Of a stretch of DNA of 64,000 bases, positions 36,840 through 46,376 are shown one piece after another. Source of the stretch: Chloracidobacterium sp. (GTDB lineage Bacteria; Acidobacteriota; Blastocatellia; Chloracidobacteriales; Chloracidobacteriaceae); contig JANWUV010000011.1 of the NCBI GenBank assembly GCA_025057975.1, positions 65,555 through 129,554 of the forward strand, read 5' to 3'. Position numbers and translations under genes: made by a program. The notes beneath the pieces were generated by a model. That model ran no database searches. It worked only from the letters and a program-made list of their open reading frames with translations, and had not been told where the DNA came from. Position 1 is the stretch's first letter; each line of letters starts with the position of its first letter.

Positions 36840-39800
36840 ATGAAAAGCATCAAGACCTGGCAATTAGTAGGCTGCGCACTGACCCTTGGCGCAAGCTGGG
36901 CGGCGATTGACGCCGTGGCTGCGGCGCAAGAGCGAAGACCATCGGCGGCGGTTGAGGCGGCGCAGACCACCGGTGTTGTTCGCGGCCAAGTTGCGGATGA
37001 AACCGGCGCCGTCATCGGCGGCGCCGCCGTCACGTTGACCGACAAAAACGGTAAAACACTGACGACGACCAGCGACGACCTTGGCAACTTCACCTTCGGC
37101 AACGTTCCGCCGGGCGACTACACGCTGCACGTTGAGATGGAAGGCTTCAAGCCCTATGACGACAGGACCGTGACCGTAACGGCGGGACGACGGGAAACGG
37201 TTTCCATCAAACTGGCGGTGGAAGTCGCCGAACAGGTTCAGGTGAACTCAGAAGCGCCCGTTTCCACGGCGCCGGACAACAACGCCGGGGCGATTGTCCT
37301 GCGCGGCAAAGACCTTGAAGCCTTGCCGGACGACCCCGATGACCTGCAAAGCGCGCTGCAGGCGCTGGCCGGGCCGTCCGCCGGGCCGAACGGCGGGCAA
37401 ATCTTCGTGGATGGCTTTTCCGGCGGCCGGCTGCCTTCCAAGAACGCCATTCGGGAAATTCGCATCAACTCAAACCCCTTCGCGGCCGAGTTTGACCAGA
37501 TCGGCTTTGGACGGATTGAAATTCTCACTAAGCCGGGCAGCGACGACTTTCGCGGCTCAGCGTTTTTCAACGCCGGCGACGCCATTTTCAACTCGCGCAA
37601 CCCGTTTACGCCGCAGCGCGCAGCGTTTCAGCAGCGACTGTACGGCGTCAACCTCGGCGGTCCCGTCAAGAAAGGCAAGGCGTCGTTCGCCTTTGACTTT
37701 GAGCGCCGCGAAACCGACGACAACGCCAACATTAACGCGACGATTCTTGACGCCAATCTTAACCCAGCGGTTTTTGCGCGCGCGGTTGTCGTGCCGCGCC
37801 GCCAGTGGGAGATCACGCCGCGCTTTGACGTGCAGTTGAGCGAGAAACACACCTTAGTCGGGCGCTACAGCTTCAACAGCAGCCGCGTGAGCAACGGCGG
37901 GTTGTCGTCGTTCACACTGCCGGAACAGGCGTTGACGAACGAACTGCGCGACCATCGGTTTCAACTGACCGAAACGGCGATTCTGTCCCCTTCGGCGGTT
38001 AACGAAACGCGCTTTCAGTTCACCCGCACCACCACCGCCGTTATTCCGGCGCTTGACGCCCCGGCGCTCAACGTTCAGGGAGCGTTCAGCGGCGGCGGCG
38101 CGCAGACAGGCAACGCGCGCACCACGTCGGATCGCTTTGAAGTCAACAACTTCACGACATGGACGACTGGCAACCACACCCTCAAGTTCGGCGGACGCTA
38201 CCGCTACGTCGGTAACGAGGACATCTCACCCAACAACTTCGGCGGGACATATATCTTCGCCGGCGGCGTCGTGCCCGAACTCAACGCCAACAACCAGCCG
38301 ATTCCTGGCTCGTTTGTTCAGATTACGAGTCTGGAACGCTACCGCCGGACGCTACTGGGACAACGGTTGGGCTTGACGCCCGCGCAAATCCGCGCCATCG
38401 GCGGTGGGGCGAATCAGCTCACGCTGGCGGCCGGCGACCCGCGCGCGACGGTTGAACAGCACGATGTCGGGCTGTTTGTGCAGGATGATTGGAAAGTCCG
38501 CCCCAACCTGACGTTGAGCTACGGTTTGCGCTACGAAAACCAGACTAACATTTCAAGCAACTTCAACTTCGCGCCGCGCGTCGGGCTGGCGTGGGGACTT
38601 GACGGGCGCAACGGCGGGCAAACGAAGACCGTTCTGCGCTTTGGAGCCGGCGTTTTTTATGACCGGGTGAATGAGTCATTGACGCTGCAAGCCCGGCGGT
38701 TTGACGGGCGGACGCAGCAGCAGTTTGTCGTGACCGATCCGACGATTCTCGATGTGTTTCCGGCCATCCCGTCGCTTGATCTGTTGGCGCCGTTCCGGCG
38801 GGCGCAAAACATTCGTCGCTTGAACGCCGACATTCGCGCGCCCTACTCCATCCAGGCCAACATCGGGATTGAGCGGCAGTTGCCCAAGGGATTGACGGCT
38901 TCGGCCAACTACGTTTTCAACCGGACGTTGCATGGCCTGCGGACACGCAACGTCAACGCGCCGCTGCCGGGAACGTTTGATCCGCGCGTACCAGGCAGCG
39001 GCGTCTTCCCGCTTGGTCCTATTGGAAACGTGTTTGAGACGGAGTCCACCGGCAAGTTCACGCAGCACCAGCTCATCATCGGCGTGCGGACAGGCTTCAA
39101 CAGTCGCTTCTCGCTTGGCGCATTTTACCGGCTCTCGAAGGCGGAAAGCGACACGGACGGCGTGTTTAGCCAGCCGGCCGACCCCTACGACCTGCGCGCC
39201 GAGTTCGGGCGCTCCTCGCTCGACATTCGGCACAATCTGTTTATGTTCTCCAACTTCAACCTGCCGTTCGGCGTGGCGCTCGCGCCCTTTGTCATTGTTC
39301 GCAGCGGCGCGCCCTTCAACATTACGATCGGGCGCGACCTCAATGGCGATACAGTCTTCAATGACCGCCCAGCGTTGGCGACCGACCTCAGTCGACCGAG
39401 CGTCGTCGTGACGCGCTTCGGCGCGTTCGACACTGACCCGCTGCCGGGACAGCGCATTATCCCGCGCAACTTCGCTGAAGGGCCGGGCTTTTTTACGATC
39501 AATCTCCGGTTGGCAAAAACCTTTGGTTTCGGCGCGGTGCGGGAAGGTGGGAATCGGGCGGACGACAGTGGGCGCGGCGGCTGGCGCGGAGGAGGAGGCG
39601 GCGGACGCGGCGGCGGTTTCGGGGGCTTTGGTGGTTTTGGCGGCTTCGGAGGTTTTGGCGGTTTCGGTGGGGGCGGCGGCTCCGACCGCCGCTTCAGCCT
39701 AACCTTCAGCGTCCAGATTCAAAACCTCCTCAACCGCGTCAATCCAGGGCCGCCGGTCGGCAATTTGGCGTCGCCGTTTTTCGGAACTTCGACTAATACG

Positions 39801-39890
39801 GCGGGCTTTTTCGGTGGGCGCTTCGGCGGCGGCGAACCCGTGGATGCTGGTAACCGGCGCGTCGTGCTGAGCCTGCGATTCAACTTCTAG
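36840..39890 (+). CDS. TonB-dependent receptor with carboxypeptidase-regulatory-like domain
   Basis: VVRGQVADETGAVIGGAAVTLTDKNGKTLTTTSDDLGNFTFGNVPPGDYTLHVEMEGF. Long barrel ending ..LRFNF. Contains a GGF low-complexity insert. Confidence 0.85.
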   Translation: MKSIKTWQLVGCALTLGASWAAIDAVAAAQERRPSAAVEAAQTTGVVRGQVADETGAVIGGAAVTLTDKNGKTLTTTSDDLGNFTFGNVPPGDYTLHVEMEGFKPYDDRTVTVTAGRRETVSIKLAVEVAEQVQVNSEAPVSTAPDNNAGAIVLRGKDLEALPDDPDDLQSALQALAGPSAGPNGGQIFVDGFSGGRLPSKNAIREIRINSNPFAAEFDQIGFGRIEILTKPGSDDFRGSAFFNAGDAIFNSRNPFTPQRAAFQQRLYGVNLGGPVKKGKASFAFDFERRETDDNANINATILDANLNPAVFARAVVVPRRQWEITPRFDVQLSEKHTLVGRYSFNSSRVSNGGLSSFTLPEQALTNELRDHRFQLTETAILSPSAVNETRFQFTRTTTAVIPALDAPALNVQGAFSGGGAQTGNARTTSDRFEVNNFTTWTTGNHTLKFGGRYRYVGNEDISPNNFGGTYIFAGGVVPELNANNQPIPGSFVQITSLERYRRTLLGQRLGLTPAQIRAIGGGANQLTLAAGDPRATVEQHDVGLFVQDDWKVRPNLTLSYGLRYENQTNISSNFNFAPRVGLAWGLDGRNGGQTKTVLRFGAGVFYDRVNESLTLQARRFDGRTQQQFVVTDPTILDVFPAIPSLDLLAPFRRAQNIRRLNADIRAPYSIQANIGIERQLPKGLTASANYVFNRTLHGLRTRNVNAPLPGTFDPRVPGSGVFPLGPIGNVFETESTGKFTQHQLIIGVRTGFNSRFSLGAFYRLSKAESDTDGVFSQPADPYDLRAEFGRSSLDIRHNLFMFSNFNLPFGVALAPFVIVRSGAPFNITIGRDLNGDTVFNDRPALATDLSRPSVVVTRFGAFDTDPLPGQRIIPRNFAEGPGFFTINLRLAKTFGFGAVREGGNRADDSGRGGWRGGGGGGRGGGFGGFGGFGGFGGFGGFGGGGGSDRRFSLTFSVQIQNLLNRVNPGPPVGNLASPFFGTSTNTAGFFGGRFGGGEPVDAGNRRVVLSLRFNF

Positions 39891-39978
39891 TCATTATCGG
39901 AACTTCCGTAGGGAAAAGGCGCGACGCACTGGCTGCGTCCTGCCTAGCTCACATCAAGGCTTCTGTTTTCAGGACTTT

Positions 39979-40008
39979 GCGGCGTTGTCAACGTGTTGAC
40001 AACGCCGC
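39979..40008. promoter_or_regulatory. Perfect inverted repeat (14-bp arms, 2-nt spacer); candidate parS-like centromere or bidirectional hairpin
   Basis: gcggcgttgtcaac-gt-gttgacaacgccgc, checked by hand reverse-complementing. Lies 13 nt downstream of the parB stop. No flanking T-tract on either strand. Confidence 0.5.
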
Positions 40009-40020
40009 CTGACGACGCGC

Positions 40021-40869
40021 CTATTCCGCTTCGTTCAGGCGGTCAAGCGCGGCTTCCAGCGCCGCCCGGAGGTCGGCTCGCGTCGTCGCCGCCCGCCGCG
40101 CCGTCGTCGTCACTATCACCCGCAGCGTCGCCTGCCGACCCGGTACACGGTAGGTGAACTGAAACACCCGCCCGCCAACTTCGCCTAATGACCCAGCGGC
40201 AGACGAAGGCGCAGGGGTAACAGGCGGCGCCATAACTAACCGCTTTGCGGCCGTTAGGCGGCGCGCGGGCGCCAGCGCTAACAAATCCAACAGCATTCGC
40301 AGGGAACAGTTCGGATGCGTCGCGCACACGTCCAGAACTTCGTCGCCCAGATCAAGCACGCGCAGCCACATCGCTAGCGCCGATCGCTTCATCCCCAACG
40401 CTTCGGCCGCCTCCGCCTGCGTCCGAAAACGGCGTGCGACTGCGCCCAGCGCCCGCGCCTTCTCAACCGGATGGAGGTCTTCGCGCTGAAGGTTTTCCAC
40501 CAGCGCCAACACCTGCAAATCGGCGTCCGAAACGTCGCGCCGCAGGATAACCGGCGCGTGCGTCAAGCCGGCCGCCGCCGCCGCCCGCCATCGGCGATGA
40601 CCGGCAATGAGTGTCACTCGGCCATCTGGCTCGCGCCGTCCGATGAGCGGTTGCAAGACGCCGTGCCGCCGGATGGAGTCGGTTAGGTCACGCAGCGCCT
40701 CGGCGTCAAACGTCCGGCGTGGTTGGTAGGGATTTTCCCGCAAATCCGCGAGCGGCGTTTCAACGACGCCGGCGTCCGTGCCGAGTTCGGCCGCCACATG
40801 GTCGGCCAGCGCCGACAATCGCGCCGGCGACAACGTCGGCGCGTCGGAAAAACGCTTGACCTTTGACAT
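40021..40869 (-). CDS. parB: ParB/Spo0J-family partition protein
   Basis: LRENPYQPRRTFDAEALRDLTDSIRRHGVLQPLIGR...LIAGHRRWRAA (ParB box motifs), followed by an HTH region. Confidence 0.85.
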   Translation of the reverse strand: MSKVKRFSDAPTLSPARLSALADHVAAELGTDAGVVETPLADLRENPYQPRRTFDAEALRDLTDSIRRHGVLQPLIGRREPDGRVTLIAGHRRWRAAAAAGLTHAPVILRRDVSDADLQVLALVENLQREDLHPVEKARALGAVARRFRTQAEAAEALGMKRSALAMWLRVLDLGDEVLDVCATHPNCSLRMLLDLLALAPARRLTAAKRLVMAPPVTPAPSSAAGSLGEVGGRVFQFTYRVPGRQATLRVIVTTTARRAATTRADLRAALEAALDRLNEAE

Positions 40870-40888
40870 AAAACGCTCCTTTCCAGCC

Positions 40889-41677
40889 CTACCGCTCCCC
40901 TTCCACGCCAGCTAGCAGCGCCGCCGCCAGCGCCGCCACGTCCGCCGCCGCTGGACACTTCGGCGCATACCGCTGCAGCGGTTGACGGCGTGTTCCGGCC
41001 TCGGAAACAGCCACGTAGTCCCGAATCGGCGCAAACACCTGGTAGCCGAACGACGGACAGATGCGCCGCGTCAACTCCTCATAATGGTGGCGGTGCAGCA
41101 CCAGACGCGGATTGTAAAGCGTCGGCACGACGCCCAGCACGCGCAGCGGCGTAAGACGCATGTTTTTCCGCCGTCGCTGCGCCTTGACGATTTCAAGCTG
41201 CACCTCGGCGAAGCTCTCAACGGACTTCGCCTCGGTCTGCACTGGCGCGAGCAGCGCATCCGCTGCCAGCAAAATCTGGAGCGTGATTTCGGAAATCTTC
41301 GGCGGACAGTCGAACAACACCCAGTCATAGTCGGTTAGGTGCGTTTCCGCTGCCGCCAGCAGCCGCGCCGGATCGCTTTGCTGCATGAGCGCCAGTTCGT
41401 CACCGATAAGAAACCGGTTCGCCAACCCCACGGTCAGGTCAAAGGACGTCGGATGGACGACCGGCGGCCTGTCGTCGCCGTCGCATATGGTCGCCCAGAA
41501 GGTGTCGGCGCGCGGTCGGACAGCGGGCTCTAGCCCCAGAAAACTCCCCAACGTCCCCTGCGGATCGGCGTCAATGAGCAACACGCGCCGGCCGCGCATT
41601 GCTAGTTCATACCCCAGATCGCGCGTCAGCGAGGTTTTGCCGACGCCGCCTGACTGATTGAACACCGCCAATCGCAT
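40889..41677 (-). CDS. parA: ParA-family partition ATPase
   Basis: MRLAVFNQSGGVGKTSLTRDLGYELA..VLLIDADPQG (deviant Walker A). Its start overlaps the upstream stop by 1 nt (TGATG). Confidence 0.85.
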   Translation of the reverse strand: MRLAVFNQSGGVGKTSLTRDLGYELAMRGRRVLLIDADPQGTLGSFLGLEPAVRPRADTFWATICDGDDRPPVVHPTSFDLTVGLANRFLIGDELALMQQSDPARLLAAAETHLTDYDWVLFDCPPKISEITLQILLAADALLAPVQTEAKSVESFAEVQLEIVKAQRRRKNMRLTPLRVLGVVPTLYNPRLVLHRHHYEELTRRICPSFGYQVFAPIRDYVAVSEAGTRRQPLQRYAPKCPAAADVAALAAALLAGVEGER

Positions 41678-42714
41678 CAGCCCCACCACTGTTCCACCGG
41701 ATCAGTCGTCGTTAGGACGCGCGCCCCGGCCGCTTGAAACTCGGCTAACGCCGCCTCGGCCGCGTCAGTGAAATCCGCGCCGGGCGCGACGACCGGTGCC
41801 ATGGCGTCCCGCAGCAGGACAATCCGGTGCGCTAAGTATGGATTGCGTTCCCGAACGAAAGCCAGTAGATCGGCAACGCTCGCTGCTACGCAGTGACTCG
41901 ACGCCAACCCGGCGACCAAGACCGCGTCTGCTGTTAGCAACCGCTCCAGCAACGCCATATTGCGCGTCGCGCGCGGCAGCGGCCGTCCGTCCCAACTTGT
42001 CGCCACCTCTGGCGCAAACACCGAGTAGTGTTCTGTCAGGGGGCTGTCGCCCTTGAGTTCCGGCGCGTTCGCCGCGCCGCGCGCAAAAGCGTGGAAGAGG
42101 CGCGCGTCGTCCAGCGCTCCGGCCAGCCGGTGTCCAGCCGTTCCTATCAGACAGTGATAGGGCCAGATGTGTAGCGCGTACTTGCCGGACGCCTCCAACC
42201 GCGTGCAATAGTCGGTGAATTGGTGAGTCAACCACTCGACCGTCACCCCCAGTTGCGCCGCCAGCGCCGGGTTAGGCCGGTAGCGACCGGCGCGGTAGTC
42301 TGCAGCCGTAATGGTTGTGTACGGCGCGACAAAATCCCCATCTTTGGTCAGATGCGCGCCGGGGAAAAACACCTGATGGGGTAGGTGGCTGTCAAGCGTA
42401 CAGGTAATCTCCGAAATGACGCCTAGGCGCCGGTAAATGAACTCCACCACGCGCCGCAGCGCATCCGTCCCGCCAGTTCCCGACCGGCCGGCAACGTAGA
42501 GCGCCCCCGACGGAAAGCAAAAGTCCACCTGCATATCAATGACGAGCAGGTGCGCACGGCGGGTGTCCGCAGCCGCCGGCGGCAATCGGTGGGTTTCGCG
42601 CCACCGGTCGGCGGCGGCGAAGAGCGCGTCCGGCCCGGCACCAAGGTAGTCAGCCTGCAGGGTCTGGAAGGCGCTGTAATGGGGCGGAAGCGGTAAGTCC
42701 GGCGCAACAGACAT
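41677..42714 (-). CDS. Isochorismatase-family cysteine hydrolase (nicotinamidase-like)
   Basis: AHLLVIDMQVDFCFPSGALYV and VLVAGLASSHCVAASV (catalytic Cys context). Start set at ATG 42714 (MSVAPDLPLP...); the upstream part of the track ORF is Arg/Ser-rich and overlaps the divergent kinase gene region. Confidence 0.65.
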   Translation of the reverse strand: MSVAPDLPLPPHYSAFQTLQADYLGAGPDALFAAADRWRETHRLPPAAADTRRAHLLVIDMQVDFCFPSGALYVAGRSGTGGTDALRRVVEFIYRRLGVISEITCTLDSHLPHQVFFPGAHLTKDGDFVAPYTTITAADYRAGRYRPNPALAAQLGVTVEWLTHQFTDYCTRLEASGKYALHIWPYHCLIGTAGHRLAGALDDARLFHAFARGAANAPELKGDSPLTEHYSVFAPEVATSWDGRPLPRATRNMALLERLLTADAVLVAGLASSHCVAASVADLLAFVRERNPYLAHRIVLLRDAMAPVVAPGADFTDAAEAALAEFQAAGARVLTTTDPVEQWWG

Positions 42715-42883
42715 ATGGGACGACGACCCCCGACAGCAAGCAAGTATGGCACGACGACCTAACGTGCTAGGTGGGACTTTGGGTGGCGACGCCCTGTGCG
42801 TCAAGCGGATTGGACGGTCTAGGACAAGGCGGGTTACTATAGCGGCCGGCTCGGTGGTTTTCATAACCAATGATCCGGATGTC

Positions 42884-45800
42884 ATGCTCGCGCTGCTTCG
42901 CTCGCTGTTGTGTTTTCTTGCGCTGTGGCCGGCTCTTGCGTTGCCGGCGTTCGCACAGGCTGCCACGTGGTCAAATGCGCTGCGCTTCCAGCGTTTTGAG
43001 CGCAATCAGGAGCTTTCCAACCTAGCCGTCCGGTGCATCGTGCAGGACAAACATGGCTTTCTCTGGATTGGCACGGAAGACGGCCTCAACCGCTACGACG
43101 GGCGGCGCATTTTCTCGTACCGCCACAACCCCGATGACCCGCACAGCCTTCCCTCCAACATGGTGATTGGCCTGTGCGCCGCCCGCGACGGCGCGCTCTG
43201 GATTCTGCCTAGCAGCGGGGAGTTGTGCCGCTATGATCCAACCACAGACCGCTTCATTCGCGCCTCGCTGCCCAAGCTGGAAAGCAAGAGACGGCGGTAC
43301 ACCAGCGCGCTTTACGAAGACGCACAGGGCAATTTGTGGATTGGCGGCGACGGTTATCTCATCCGCTACCGTCTGAAGTCCGAGCAAGCCAAGCTGTTTC
43401 CGCTGCCGAACGTGGAACGGCCGGGGCTGCCGCCGCTGACTTACCAGTACGTGCAGAGCCTCACCGCGTCGCCGGATGGTCGCGTATGGCTGACGTTCGC
43501 CGACCGGCTCTGGCGCTTCGACCAACAAACGGAGCGGTTTGTCCAACTGCTGTCGGACGAAGACCGACAGCAGTATGCCGTCGCTTACCATCCAAACGGG
43601 CGGCTGTACATCAGCACAGGGAAGGTTGGGTCGGATGATTGGGGCTTGACGGAGTATGACGCGCAGGACGAACGGGTGATCACTTTCCACCGATTCAATC
43701 TACCGCCGGGCGGTTCGCGATACGTTTCCAACCTGACCGCCGACGGCGACTTTCTCTGGGCAGGCGTCGTCGGCTACGGCGTCGTCCGCTTTGATGTCCG
43801 GTCTAACGCCTGCCAACTCGCTCCTTATGCGCCGACCAATCTACGCAGCCCGGTTGGCGACCTGCCGTTGGTCGTTTACCGCGATCGGTCGGGCGTCATC
43901 TGGGTCGGCGACGGACGGTTCGGACTGTCCAAGCTCACGCCCTACGCCGCCTATTTTAAAACCTATCGCACCGACCCGGAGCGTCCCAACACGTTGAGCG
44001 ACGGGTACATCCGTGGGATGTGCGAAGACAAGGAAGGCGACTGGTGGGTCGGCACGTACGGCGGACTCAACCACTTGAGCCGCACACAGCGCACAATTCG
44101 CGCCTACCAGCATCGTCCGGGTGACGCGCAATCGCTGGCGCACGACAAAGTCTGGGCGGTGCTGGAAGACCGAGCAGGACAGCTCTGGGTCGGGACAGAC
44201 GCCGGATTGCAAACCTTCGACCGTCGGACTGAGCGGTTTCGTCCGTTTCCGATGCCGCCGAACGAAAACAGCCGCCCGCAGGCAATCCGGGTCATCTACG
44301 AAGACCGCGACGGCGCGCTACTCGTTGGCTCCGAGAGCGGGTTGTTCACCATCTCGCCCGACCGCCGCAGCGTCAAGCCGACGTTGGAGGGCGTGGCGCT
44401 GCCGTCGCCCTTTGACAAGGAAGCGTTGGCGGTTGAGGCGCTGGAGCGCACACCTGACGGCGCATTGTGGATTGGCCATCGGCTGGGTGTATTGCGGCTG
44501 GCGCCGGACGGCAAGGAACTGCGCGGCTGGCAGTCGGCGTTGGGGCGGCCCACGTCAGGCGTGCCGACCGTGTGCGCCTTTCTCACCGACAGCCGGGGAC
44601 GTTTCTGGTTGGCGACCAAAGGCATGGGGCTGCTGCGCTACGACGCCGCGCAAGACCGCTTTTACGCGCTGACCGAACGGCAGGGGCTGCCGCACGACAA
44701 CGTTTACGCCGTCCTTGAAGACAAGCGTGGGCGACTGTGGATCAGCACCGACAACGGTCTGGCCCGCTACGAGCCTGACACGGGCAAGATTCGGCACTAC
44801 CGCGCGGAAGAAGGGCTTCAGGGCAGAGAGTTCAACCGCCGGGCGTATCTCAAGACGCGCGCCGGAATCATGGTTTTCGGCGGGACGCAGGGACTGACCG
44901 CTTTTCCGCCTGACGAATTGGAGGACAACCCCCACCCGCCGCCAGTCGCCGCGTTGGTCAAAGCCACCGGCAAAACCTTTCTGGCAACGCCGGACAATGC
45001 CGCCGTGACGCTCAACTATGAGGACGGCGGCGTGACGCTCCTTTTGGCGGCGCTGGATTTCAACGCGCCGGACGCCAACCAGTTCGCCTATCGCATCGTG
45101 GGCCGCGACCGCGACTGGCGGCCGCTCGGAACCCGAGATGAGATCACCTTAGCCGACTTATCACCGGGCAGTTGGATTATTGCCGTCAAAGCCGCCAACA
45201 ATGACGGTCTGTGGAACGAGAATGGTCTCCAGCTCAAGCTTTTCATTCGTCCGCCGTGGTGGCGCTCGTGGTGGGCGTACGCCGTCTATGCGCTGCTCGC
45301 CGTCGGCGCGCTGGGCGGGCTGTATCAGGCTCGTCTGTACCGCGCGCGGCTGCTGACGAAGACGCGCGTCGCGCAGGCGAAGCTGGCCGCCAAGAACCGC
45401 GCCGTCCGCAAGCGGGCGAAAGTGTCGCGGCTGCTGGCTGCTAAAAACCTCGAATTGGCGGAAGCCAACGACCGGCTGCGCGAACTTGACGCCGTCAAGC
45501 AGCGGTTTACAGCCATGCTCGTCCACGACCTCAAAGCGCCGCTGGCTTCGGTGCGCATGCTACTGGACTTACTGGAAACGCTCATTGTGGACAAGATTGA
45601 TGCGGAAATCCGGGAAATCATGCACAACACGGCGCTGAGCGCCGACCGGACGCTCCAACTCATCAATGAGATGCTCGAAGTGATGCGCGCCGAAACGACG
45701 ACGCTCCAGCTCAACATACAGCCCGTGTCGCCGAAGGTCTTCCTGGAAGCGGCGCTGGCGACGGCGCGCCCGTTGGCGGCGGCAAAAGGACAAACCTTGA

Positions 45801-46297
45801 CGGGTCTGATTCCCGACGACCTGCCGACGATGTCAGCCGACGCCGGCAAACTGGAGCGCGCCGTGACAAACCTGCTTTCCAACGCGGTGAAGTTTACGCC
45901 GGAAGGCGGGGAAATTACGCTGGAGGTGTCGGTCGTCGCCGGGAAGGGCGTCGAACGGGGGCGTGAACTGCTGCTGATTCAGGTGATTGACACCGGTCCC
46001 GGCATTCCTGAAAAGGACGTACCGTACATCTTCGACCCGTACCGACAGGCGACCGCGCAGCGCGCGGTGGGCGTCGGGCTGGGGTTGGCGATTGTTCGCA
46101 ACATTGTCGCGGCGCATGGCGGCAATGTAAACGTACGGAGTCAGGTCGGCGTTGGGACGAACTTCATCATTACGTTGCCGACCGGCCGGCGCATCGAGCG
46201 GATGACTGTGGGCGGTGATGAGTCCGCATCCGGGCAGCCTGGCCGCCGCCGCTGCTCCGTAGCGAGTGTGCTTCCACCAAACGCAAGTTCTGTATAG
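42884..46297 (+). CDS. Sensor histidine kinase with periplasmic two-component-regulator propeller / Y_Y_Y domains
   Basis: Signal peptide from ATG 42884. Many repeats of the form G.LWIGT..GL.RYD. TM segment WWAYAVYALLAVGALGGLY. HisKA (FTAMLVHDLKAPL). HATPase_c (DTGPGIP..GVGLGLAIV). Confidence 0.85.
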   Translation: MLALLRSLLCFLALWPALALPAFAQAATWSNALRFQRFERNQELSNLAVRCIVQDKHGFLWIGTEDGLNRYDGRRIFSYRHNPDDPHSLPSNMVIGLCAARDGALWILPSSGELCRYDPTTDRFIRASLPKLESKRRRYTSALYEDAQGNLWIGGDGYLIRYRLKSEQAKLFPLPNVERPGLPPLTYQYVQSLTASPDGRVWLTFADRLWRFDQQTERFVQLLSDEDRQQYAVAYHPNGRLYISTGKVGSDDWGLTEYDAQDERVITFHRFNLPPGGSRYVSNLTADGDFLWAGVVGYGVVRFDVRSNACQLAPYAPTNLRSPVGDLPLVVYRDRSGVIWVGDGRFGLSKLTPYAAYFKTYRTDPERPNTLSDGYIRGMCEDKEGDWWVGTYGGLNHLSRTQRTIRAYQHRPGDAQSLAHDKVWAVLEDRAGQLWVGTDAGLQTFDRRTERFRPFPMPPNENSRPQAIRVIYEDRDGALLVGSESGLFTISPDRRSVKPTLEGVALPSPFDKEALAVEALERTPDGALWIGHRLGVLRLAPDGKELRGWQSALGRPTSGVPTVCAFLTDSRGRFWLATKGMGLLRYDAAQDRFYALTERQGLPHDNVYAVLEDKRGRLWISTDNGLARYEPDTGKIRHYRAEEGLQGREFNRRAYLKTRAGIMVFGGTQGLTAFPPDELEDNPHPPPVAALVKATGKTFLATPDNAAVTLNYEDGGVTLLLAALDFNAPDANQFAYRIVGRDRDWRPLGTRDEITLADLSPGSWIIAVKAANNDGLWNENGLQLKLFIRPPWWRSWWAYAVYALLAVGALGGLYQARLYRARLLTKTRVAQAKLAAKNRAVRKRAKVSRLLAAKNLELAEANDRLRELDAVKQRFTAMLVHDLKAPLASVRMLLDLLETLIVDKIDAEIREIMHNTALSADRTLQLINEMLEVMRAETTTLQLNIQPVSPKVFLEAALATARPLAAAKGQTLTGLIPDDLPTMSADAGKLERAVTNLLSNAVKFTPEGGEITLEVSVVAGKGVERGRELLLIQVIDTGPGIPEKDVPYIFDPYRQATAQRAVGVGLGLAIVRNIVAAHGGNVNVRSQVGVGTNFIITLPTGRRIERMTVGGDESASGQPGRRRCSVASVLPPNASSV

Positions 46298-46376
46298 CAC
46301 ACGCTTTCAGATGCCTTGGGCAGGCCGATCACGCCAAACCACATCAACGCAACATTAGCGATGTGGGGAGTGCGCA

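Noticed and set aside
39583-39680. GGN-TTY periodic DNA considered as a non-coding microsatellite
   Set aside because: It is in frame inside a long TonB-dependent receptor ORF with intact barrel sequence on both sides. It is treated as a coding low-complexity insert.
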